A DNA stretch of 64,000 bases from Octopus sinensis (taxonomy: Eukaryota). Below are positions 25,372 through 35,082 of the stretch, one piece after another. Positions within the stretch are counted from its first letter, which is position 1, and each line of letters begins with the position of its first letter. The position numbers and the translations under genes are program-made. Where the stretch lies: the NCBI RefSeq assembly GCF_006345805.1, contig NC_043012.1, positions 8,060,001 through 8,124,000 on the forward strand, written 5' to 3'. The notes under the pieces were generated by a model. That model was given only the letters and a program-made list of their open reading frames with translations. It did not search any database and was not told the origin of the DNA.

Positions 25372-25584
25372 TTGGAGAAATTTCGAACCTGGGTTCTCAT
25401 TCCTAAGGTATTTTTTGATGTTGTTATTATTATTATTATTATTCAGGTCACTACCTGGAATCGAACTTGGAATCTTGGGGTTAGTAGCCTGCGCTCTTCG
25501 ATTCCAGGTAGCGACCTGAATAATAATAATAATAACATCGGAAAATACCTTAGGAATGAGAACCCAGGTTCGAAATTTCCTCAA

Positions 25585-25630
25585 GACACCTGAAGAAGGC
25601 TGAAGGGTATATCAGCTGAAACGTTATGTT
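25585..25630 (+). ncRNA. Minimal type I hammerhead ribozyme motif (stem I/II partly mutated)
   Basis: GACAC-CTGAAGA-A-GGCTG-aagggtatat-CAGCT-GAAAC-GTT-ATGTT, with the palindromic ACGT stem III and a GUU cleavage triplet. Confidence 0.7.
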
Positions 25631-26284
25631 AACAACAAACAAGATGAGGACAAATATCTGTCGAATGTAAATAATGTACATAATTCCTCATCTCTTAAAT
25701 ACAGAACTGTACAATGGTTTGTTTCGTAAGATAATCCTCCTGCAGTTGTCTTCCTAGGAAGATGGCACACATAGTACTTCTCCCTGACACAAAAACCAAA
25801 CTACATGTCATCTAGTCTAATTCTGTTCCTAATTAATTAGGTTACAACTTTCTTCCTTCTCTGCGAGATAGTCTAAACATCTCAGCAGGGATTCCTGATG
25901 GACCAGAGGCTTTATTTATAACTTCACTGAAGTCTGACTTCATTGAAAGCCAAGACTAAAACACTCATAACTACCACACAATGTCAAGACAAGGAGATAT
26001 AAACACACAAACATTATTACACAAGGACAATTTGGGAACAAAACAGTCATTATTTTCATTGCAGAGTGGACAGTAATATTAGATTAGAAAGAAGATTACT
26101 TGATAGTTATGGTTTGTTCTTAGTATTAGAGAAAAGACAAAAGGAAAACACATGAGCAAGTAATCTGGAATTTAGAAAGTGGAGAGTAATATAGGATCAA
26201 TATGCAATTGTGGGAAAGATGAAAAAGAACTACAAAAGCAGGTCAGTTTAATGACTAGTTCTGTCAATTCCATTATCATTTAGG

Positions 26285-26685
26285 CGTAGGAGTGACTCTG
26301 TGGTAAATAGCTTCCTTAGGATCCACATGGTTCCGGGTTCAGTCCCACTGCGTGGCACCTTGGGCAAGTGTCTTCTACTATGGCCTCAGGCCGACCAAAG
26401 CCTTGCAAGTGGATTTGGTAAACGGAAACTGAAAGAAGCCCGTCGTATATATGTATGTATATATTTATGAGTGTGTATATGTTTGTGTGTCTGTGTTTGT
26501 CCCCCCAACATCGCTTGACAACCGATGCTGGTGTGTTTACGTCCCCGTAACTTAGCGGTTTGGCAAAAAAGACCGATAGAATAAGTATTAGGCTTACAAA
26601 GGTTAAGTCCTGGGGTTGATTTGCTCGACTAAAGGTGGTGCTCCAGCATGGCCACAGTAAAATGACTGAAACAAGTAAAAGAGTA
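26285..26685 (+). mobile_element. SINE family A, full length
   Basis: Same head, body and tail. Confidence 0.85.
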
Positions 26686-27974
26686 TTTAATGTTTGCCTT
26701 CCATGCTGGCATGGGTTGAACAGTTCAATAGGATCTTTGAACCAGAGGGCTGCATTGGTCTCCAAGTTCTGCTGATATAGTTTCTACGGTTGATATCCTT
26801 CTTCACACCAACCACTTTACAGAGTGTACTGGGTGCTTTTATGTGGCACCAGCACTTGTAAGGTCACCAAGTAACTTGCAAGACAAGACCCTTTGACAGG
26901 GTCAGGGTGTAGTACTGAAGGAAGTGGCTTTGTGTCATGTGTATTGAGCGACTAATGTATGGTACATGGTCAGAAACAGGTGTCTTTTTCCAGAGAAGAT
27001 ACATGGTTACATCAAAGAAATGGTGACAAGATGTCAAGGTACAACTTGGCACTCTGTCGGTTACGACAAGGGTTCCAGTTGATACGGTCAAGAGAACAGC
27101 TTGCTGGGCATTCCATGGACATGTGTACCCTTAACGTATTTCTTAGTGTGACTGTGTGACAAGGCTGCTCCTTTGAAATACAGGTACTACTCATTTTTGC
27201 CAGCTGAGTGGACTGGAGCAACGTGAAATAGAGTATCTTGCTCAAGGACACAGCGCATCACCAGGAATTGAACTCACAACCTTGATTGTGAGCCAAACAC
27301 TTTAACCATGAAGTCACACACCTTCACCTCAAGGTACAAGAAAGTGGATGAAGAGGGAACAAAGGCATAGAATAAAGGATAGGTGGGTCTGTGAGAACAT
27401 GAAAGGAGAGTGACAAAGGGTCAGAAGTGAATGCAGTGAATGGTGAACGGGGGTGGAGGTGTGGTCAATAGTGGATATCTGTTGGGAGGGGGAGGAGAAA
27501 GAAACAGGATTGAAATAAGAAGGGGGAGGTGATGATAGTACAAAAGAATGGTGTGTGGAGGGAGTCAGTATAACAACCACTCCCTCATAGGTAGATAAGA
27601 AATAAGGAGATGATGTGAAGAGTAGAGAGGATGAGAAAGGAATGTACAGTGACAGAGATAGAAGTGAGAGAAACATAAGGGTGGAAATTATGAACGTGGA
27701 ATTTTTAGTGAAGATAGGTTGGAGGAAATGGAATATTTTTGGCCAAGTGATTTTTATGCATGTGTATAATAATGTACGTTAGCAATAAAGAATTAAATTC
27801 TTGTTCTTTATATTCTTCTACTTTGTTTCAGTCATTGGACTGCAGCCATGCTGAGGTACCACCTCTTCTTGCTGAACTATCAGATTACAGGAATGTAAAC
27901 AAACTAACACCAGTACCAAAGCAGTAAGTAAAACACACACACACACACACACAATAGTTTTCCACACTGTTTCT

Positions 27975-28359
27975 TATTTCTTTATTGCCCACAAGGGGCT
28001 ACACACAGAGAGGACAAACAAGGACAGACAAACGGATTAAGTCAATTACATCGACCCCAGTGCATAACTGGTACTTATTTAATCAACCTCGAAAGGATGA
28101 AAGGCAAAGTCGCCCTCAGCAGAATTTGAACTCAGAACATAGCGGCAGACGAAATACCTATTTCTTTACTACCCACAAGGGGCTAAACACAGAGAGGACA
28201 AACAAGGACAGATAAATGGATTAAGCCAATTATATCAACCCTGAAAGGATGAAAGGCAAAGTCGACCTCGGCAGAATTTGAACTTAGAACGTAGTGGCAG
28301 ATGAAATACCGCTAAGCATTTCACCCGGCGTGCTAACGATTCTGCCAGCTTGCTGCCTT
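27975..28359 (-). mobile_element. Dimeric C2 SINE inserted into a family-A SINE
   Basis: Two head-to-tail body units; 10-bp TSD CACTGTTTCT at 27965-27974 and 28360-28369. Confidence 0.8.
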
Positions 28360-28544
28360 CACTGTTTCTGTCTACCAAATTCACTCACAAGACATTGATC
28401 AATCCATGACTATAGAGCAAAACACTTGCCTAGGGTGCTGCGCTGTGGGACTGAACCTATAACCACATAGTTATAAACTGGCCTTCTTTACCACACTACT
28501 ATTTGCTTGTGTCTAAATATATGTGTGTGTATGTGTGAGTATAT

Positions 28545-28905
28545 CTTCTATCTTTTACTTGTTTCTGGCATTAGACTATGGCCAAGCTGGGGCACTGCGT
28601 TGAAGAACTTTAGCCAAATGAATCACTCCCATGACTTATTTTAACAGTCACTTTTGCTGAACTACTAAGTTACAGGAACGTAAACACACCAATACTAGTT
28701 GTTAAGTAGTGGCAGGGATAAACACAGACACATGTGTGTGTGTGTGTATGACAGGTTTCTTTCAGTTTCAATCTACTGAATCCACTCACAAGGCTTTGGT
28801 CAGCCTGGGGCTATAGTAGAAGATACTTGCCCAAGGTGTCATGCAGTGGGACTGAACCTGGAACGAGCTGGTTGGAAAGCAAACTTCTTAACCATACAGC
28901 TACAT
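28545..28905 (-). mobile_element. SINE family A, diverged
   Basis: Reverse-complement similarity to family A. Confidence 0.75.
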
Positions 28906-29771
28906 CTGCACCTATATCATCATCATCATCATCATCGTTTTGTGTCCGCTTTCCATGCTAGCATGGGTTGGACGGTTTGACTGGGGTCTGGGAAGCCAGG
29001 AGGCTGCACCAGGCTCCAGTCTGATCTGGCAGCGTTTCTACGGCTGGATGCCCTTCCTAACGCCAACCACTCCGTGAGTGTAGTGGGTGCTTTTTATGTG
29101 CCAGACGAGGCTGGCAAACGGTCACGATCGGATGGTGCTTTTTACGTGCCACCGGCACGGAGGCCAGGCCAGGCTGGCAACGGCCACGATCGGAGGGTGC
29201 CTTCATCATTTAATGTTTGTCTTCCATGGTGGTATAGTTGAAATGATTTGAGAGAATGCGACAAATCAGAAGACTGCATTGTGCTTCAGTGTCTTCTTTG
29301 GAATAGTTTCTATGGCTGGATGCCCTTCCTGTCAGCCATTAGATGCTTTTTCTGACACTAGAAAAGTAACTTGCAAGTCAAGTTCCAATCAGAATAAAAT
29401 ACCAATGTTTTGTGTGTGTGTATGTTTGTGTTGCATGCTCAGGGTTGGAAAAGAAAAGAAGAAATATTCTCAAAAGTAGTAAACAACAATGCCATCATTT
29501 GTGTTCCTTTATTCAAATCAAAATAAACTTACTATTTACAGCATGTTGGCACCACTCTCTACAGACATAAATTAAGAACTGGGAAATTGATGTCGTTCCT
29601 ATATATTTAGACCAGAAGTAAATTATGATGATATGAAGAACTATAGGAATGATCACAGAGATGCAAAACTAAACGTTACACTGGAAGTAAGCTACACAAT
29701 GTGTGTATAATTATATATGTATTCATAAACATATATTTATATACACACACACATATATATATATATGTATA

Positions 29772-30085
29772 CTGTTGTGTCTGGGGAGAGTCATTTTATT
29801 TTTGTGCCTTATAATGTAACACACTCACCGGTAAAATTACCATTTTTTTTTTGTTTGTATTTTCCTAAAATTTTCGTTGCGTTTTGCAACCTTTTCAGTA
29901 ATAATCAAGACGCAACGAAAATTTTAGGAAAATAAAAATAAGAAATAAGTGGAAATTTTACCGGTGAGTGTGTTACATTATAAGGCACAAAAAGAAAATG
30001 ACTCTCCCCAGACACAACAGAATATGCTTCAACACACGAACTCATATAAAGAATCTTGCAAACCAAATCCCAAAATGAAATGAAA
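29772..30085. mobile_element. Second type of fold-back element (arms 29772-29885 and 29907-30020; right arm extended about 65 bp) in (TA)n
   Basis: Near-perfect reverse-complement arms of about 113 bp; the extra tail also occurs alone at about 8450-8515. Confidence 0.8.
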
Positions 30086-30192
30086 TATATATATATATAT
30101 GTAGGTGTATATGCAAGCATGAAAAATAGATGTTAAAATGACATACACAGACACACACGCACGTACAAATATACATAAGGATTTAGCTAAAC

Positions 30193-30516
30193 CAGTGGTT
30201 CTCAACCATTCTTTATCTATGGATCCCCATAGCCATTTGATGTTTAAAAACTAGTTTTGTAGAAACTTCTTTCAGAATTCCTATTTTGTTTTAGACACAT
30301 TCAGTTGTGTAGGTTGTATGTACTATGTAAAACGTTAGAGAAAGGAACCCAGCTGTTTCTTGCAATAAATACCAATACATACATCTAAAGCAACATTTTT
30401 TCAGGGGCCCTTAAAATACTACTGTGGATCCCCAATTTGCTATTTTGTTATGCGAACCCCTCCAAAATCTTATATGGACCCTTAGGGGCTATTGGGATCC
30501 TAGTTGAGAACCACTG
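30193..30516. mobile_element. hAT-type MITE
   Basis: TIRs CAGTGGTTCTCAAC / GTTGAGAACCACTG; 8-bp flanks AGCTAAAC and AGTTAAAT (6/8 identical). An 8-bp TSD is typical of hAT. Confidence 0.8.
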
Positions 30517-30821
30517 AGTTAAATTTGACGAAGGGGCCGTATCTTCTTATTTTGCCCAGAAATGAGTCTGTAAACTGATGACAAAGAATGGGATGAAACT
30601 GAATGTTTGGGTGAAAAGAAATTGCATGGATGCTTAAAGAATGCAAAGCCACTTAGATGAAATACACACACTATTTTCCGGCATGGAAGTCAAATTTTTC
30701 AAACCAAAATGTGAAATGCAGCAAGATATGGCAAAATAGTGATAATGTTTGAATGTTTTACACTACATGTTTACACATTATTTACATTTGACAGATATTT
30801 GTTCTCATCTGGTTTGTTGTT

Positions 30822-30867
30822 ATCACAATGTTTTGGCCGATTTACTCTCCAGCCTTCATCAGGTGTC
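30822..30867 (-). ncRNA. Degenerate hammerhead motif
   Basis: GACAC-CTGATGA-A-GGCTG-gagagtaaat-CGGCC-AAAAC-ATTGTGAT; the first G of GAAA is mutated. Confidence 0.5.
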
Positions 30868-31086
30868 CTGATGGAATTTTGTACCCAACCCTGGGTTTTC
30901 ATTCGTAAGACATTTTTTTGTGATTTTACTATTATTATTATTATTATTATTATTATTTATTCAAGGATTCAAGGCACTGCCTAGAATAAATAATAACAAT
31001 AATAGGCAGTGCCTTGAATAAATAATAATATCAGCAAAAAATGCCTTAGGAATGAGAACCCAGGGTTGGGCTCAAAATTCCACCAG

Positions 31087-31130
31087 GACACCTGATGAAG
31101 GCTGGTGAGTAATTCAACTGAAATGTGGTG
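31087..31130 (+). ncRNA. Degenerate hammerhead motif
   Basis: GACAC-CTGATGA-A-GGCTG-gtgagtaatt-CAACT-GAAAT-GTG-GTG; canonical CUGAUGA core with decayed stems. Confidence 0.5.
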
Positions 31131-31313
31131 GCAACAACAAAGAGATGAGGACACATACTTGTCCAATGTAAATAATGTACAGAATTCCTTGTTTCTAAAA
31201 TATAGAACAGTATGCTTACACTGTATACCACATTGACTTAATTACATGCCGAGAAATAAGGTGTATATATGTGTGTGTGTATATACATACATATATGTGT
31301 GTGTATGCATGTA

Positions 31314-31347
<34 letters not shown>

Positions 31348-32117
31348 ATGATATGTAAAAGTAAGATCCAAGGATCCAGGTGTAGGAAGTTAGTTAGCTG
31401 TGAGCAGTCCATAGAAGGTATAAAAACAACTTTCAGGAATAGTGGTTTATTGGCATAGGTTGTAAATTTTTTCCAAATCAAGGTTTGATAAGCTGAAGAA
31501 AGTTACTTTTATAGTTCACAGTTAGCAACTACGGTTGCTATGTATGCAAATAAATTTGGATATATATATATATACCCAAATACACATATACATACATGTA
31601 TGTATATATATACATATCCAAATACATATATACATACATGTATGTGAATATATATATATACATACACACATTTATATAACATGGTCAGCTGATAATTATC
31701 AAAACAAGCTGACTCAGACACTGTCAAACCTATTCTGCTGGGTCTTCAGAATGCCATGTTTATTCTAGCCATTATCGAAGTACAAGACCAGGTAAGAAGA
31801 AATGGGTGGCTGGGTGATTCTTCTGAACATGGAACTGTATTCATTTTAGCTGCCAATCTGAGAGGAACTAGCTAAAAATGGCACTCAAGTGAGAGAGAAG
31901 GGAATAAATAAAAAAAAAAAAAGGAAAAAGAAGAAACAGTGCCAATAGGTTTATAGCTTTGTAACTACATGCCAATTTATTAGGGAACCCTGACAAAATT
32001 GCAGAGGACAGGGGGTGGGGGCAGGTGTGGCTAGAGAAAAAAACAGCATAGAAAAATATGGCGAGTTTCTTTTTTTTTTTTACCTTCTTGAAATATAATT
32101 CTTTAAAAATAAAAATA

Positions 32118-32940
32118 ATTCTTTCTACTTGAGGCACAAAGCCTGGAACCTTGAAGGAAAGGGCTAGTGAATTACATTGATCCCAGTACTCAACTGGTAC
32201 TTATCTTATTGAACCTGAAAGGATTAAGGACAAATTTGATCTTGGCTGAATTTGAACTCAGAATGTAAAGCTGGAAAAAAAAAAAGGCTGTGAAGCATTT
32301 TGTCCAACACACTACTGATCCTGCCAGCTTGCTACTATTTTATGATATTAGTAATGGTTTCAAATTTTGAAGAAGAGCTAAGTCAATTCAATCAACCCCA
32401 GTACTCAACTGGTACTTATTTTCTTGACCCGGAAAGGATGAAAGGTAAAGTCAACCTCAGCAGAATTTGAACTCAGAATGTCAAGATGGATGAAATGCCA
32501 CCAAGCATTCTGCCAGCTTGTTGCTTTAATGGCCCTTGTGCCGGTGGCACATAAAAGCACCCACTACACTCTCGGAGTGGTTGGCGTTAGGAAGGGCATC
32601 CAGCTGTAGAAACTCTGCCAGATCAAGATTGAAGCCTGGTGCAGCCATCTGGTTCGCCAGTCCTCAGTCAAATCATCCAACCCATGCTAGCATGGAAAGC
32701 GGACGTTAAATGATGATGATGAACCCTTTCTACTATAGGCACAAGGCCTGAAATTTTTGGGGAGGGGACTAGTGGATTACATCAACCCTAGTACTGAACT
32801 GGTATTTATTTTATTGACCCCAAAAGGATCAAATGCAAAGTTGACCTCAGCGGAATTTGAACTCAGAGAGCGTAAAGATGAACAAAATGACATTAAGCAT
32901 TTTTGCACAGCAAGCTAATGACTCTGCTAGATCACCACCT

Positions 32941-32974
<34 letters not shown>

Positions 32975-33962
32975 TCTTTACTACTAAAGGCACAAGGCCT
33001 GAAATTTTGAGGGAAGGGACTAGCCAATTACACTGACCTCAGTGTTTCAGTGGTACTTAATTTATTGACCCCGCCAAAAGGATGAGAGGCAAAGTCAACC
33101 TCAGCGGCATTTGAACTCAGAACCTGAAGACAAACAGAAAACCGCTAAGCATTTTGCTATCAGGTATCATTGAATCAGCTCTTGTATATCACTGGTATTC
33201 TATTTTATCAACCCCAAAAGGGATGAAAAGTAAAGTTGGCCGTGGCAAAATTTGAGCCAGAATGCAAAGGGCCAGAACAAATACCATACAACCCTTTAAA
33301 AGGTTTCTGTTTTAGGAAGCAGACCAGGGGAGTTAGCCAATACCATATCAATCCCAGTATGTGACTGGTACTTTACACTCCTTTTGGGGTTGATGAAATA
33401 GAATACCAGTGATATACGAGGGCATCGCAATAAATGCTATGGCAGTATTTCTTCTGGCTTTGCAAGTTCTGATTTCAAATCATGTCAGGGTCAACTTCCT
33501 CTTTTATTCCTCTGGAGTCGATAAAACTTGTATAGACCAATGCCCTCTCTCCTCAAAATTGCTGGCCTTGTGCCTGAATTAAAAACAAATATTATTATTA
33601 TTATTAATTATGATGTTGGATTGGTTAAGTTATTTGAGCAAAGGCTGAAATGCCTCACTGTATTTATATTCATTTTGGTTCTTTATATTTTGAGTTCTAA
33701 TCCCATCAGGGTCAGCTTTGCTTTTCATCCTGCCAAGTTTGATAACATGAAGTACCGCTAAGCATTTCACTCAGCATGCTAATGATTCTGCCAGCTCACT
33801 GCCTTAATAATAATAATAATAATAAACCTTTCTACTATAGGCACAAGGCCTGAAATTTGTGGGTAGGGGTATGTTGATCACATTGACCCTAGTGTTTCAC
33901 TGGTACTTAATTTACCACTAAGCATTTCACCCGGTATGCTAACAATTCTGTTAGCTCACTGC

Positions 33963-33998
<36 letters not shown>

Positions 33999-34202
33999 CC
34001 TTTCTGCTGGAGGCACAAGGCTTCAAATTTGGTGGGACTAGTTGATTACATCGACCCCAGTGTCTCTCACTGGTACTTAATTTGACCCCAAAAGGACAAA
34101 AGGCAAAGTCGACCTAAGCGGAATTTTAATGCAAAACATAGAGATGGGCGAAATACTGCTAAGAATTTTGCCCGGCGTGCTAACGACTCTACCATGATGA
34201 TG

Positions 34203-34235
<33 letters not shown>

Positions 34236-34400
34236 GTTTCAAATTTTAGTAGAAGGCTAGCAAATTTTAGAGGGAGGAGCTTAGTTGCTTATATCAATAC
34301 CAGTACATGACTGGTATTTTATCAACCCTGAAAAGATGAAAGGCAAAAGTGGATAATAGTGGATTCCAACACACTCATAATTCTGCTAGTTTGCCCCCCC
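32118..34400. mobile_element. Cluster of about 10 family-C SINE copies or fragments (mostly minus), plus one family-B copy (about 32535-32722), separated by (AAT)n
   Basis: Repeated GGTACTT(A/T)..TT...GGATGAAAGGCAAAGT...GAATTTGAACTCAG blocks. Confidence 0.85.
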
Positions 34401-34634
34401 TTTATGTAACAACAACAACAACAACATTCAAAGAACGGTAATAAGAGATTAGCTCACATCGACCTGTTACTACACAACTGATTGGAAATTATACTCTTTT
34501 ACACAAATAAGGAAGAAAGACAGAGGGGTGTGGGGTGTGGATGAAGTTTTGATACAGAGACACAAGAAAGAAAACAAGAAAATGAAAAAAAAAAAATAAT
34601 AAAAAAGAGAGATAGAAAGGAGAGAGAGAAAATG

Positions 34635-35082
34635 GAATTAAATCTGGAACATTTTATTGTTTGGTTGTATATATTTTTTAATTTTTTAATTTTTTTTTTT
34701 TACAAGGATTGCTGAATGCCATGGTAACTGTCCCTTCAAAAACTGGAAGAAACTCAAACTGTATTTCTTTATATACACCAAATACAATTGAATTCTTCCC
34801 ATAAAAACTGAAATTATTATTTTTTTTTTTTGGTTTCACTTTCAAAAGTTTTGGTTCTTTAGATAGATTCATTATTTTTTTTCATAAATTTTTGCACAGA
34901 ATAAAATTTATAATTTTATTTGTTTTTTTTTTTCAACTATGACAATTTTATATATTTTTTAAAATCTTTTAACATAATCAACTTTTTTCTTTTTTTTTCT
35001 TTCTTAATACTGATTTTGTGTCTCTTTTATTTATTTTTTTAAAACTTTTTTCTTATATTTTGTTTTATTTTACATCATGTTC
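34635..35082 (-). other. Probable 3' UTR of the ZNF608/609 gene, with poly(A) signal AATAAA at 34653-34658
   Basis: Unique, very AT-rich sequence after the stop codon. The minus-strand AATAAA is followed by a long U/pyrimidine-rich tract (about 34560-34625). Other AATAAA matches exist, so the end point is uncertain. Confidence 0.45.

Larger units (their letters stand above)
25265..25722. mobile_element. Fold-back (inverted-duplicated) Penelope-like terminal-repeat element with a hammerhead motif in each arm; coordinates include the TSD
   Basis: Arms about 25276-25465 and 25497-25680 are reverse complements; the right arm runs about 28 bp further; direct repeat GTACAATGGTTTGT at 25265-25278 and 25709-25722. 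Confidence 0.8.
24070..25925 (-). mobile_element. Decayed RTE-clade LINE, interrupted by the fold-back element at 25265-25722
   Basis: Minus frames give GPSGIPAEM, RQLQEDYLTK-KPLYLTFVDLEKSFDSVP (split by the insertion), LSYADDL and ERRLHWSGHV. Confidence 0.85.
30771..31210. mobile_element. Older copy of the hammerhead-bearing fold-back element
   Basis: Arms about 30771-30983 and 31003-31180 are inverted and homologous to 25276-25680. Confidence 0.75.

Noticed and set aside
30575-30600. CTGATGA...GAAAC as another hammerhead
   Set aside because: No stem II pairing between the motifs and no matching stem I.
1-34400. A second host protein-coding gene in the left half
   Set aside because: No ORF or exon with recognisable homology; small exons cannot be excluded without RNA data.
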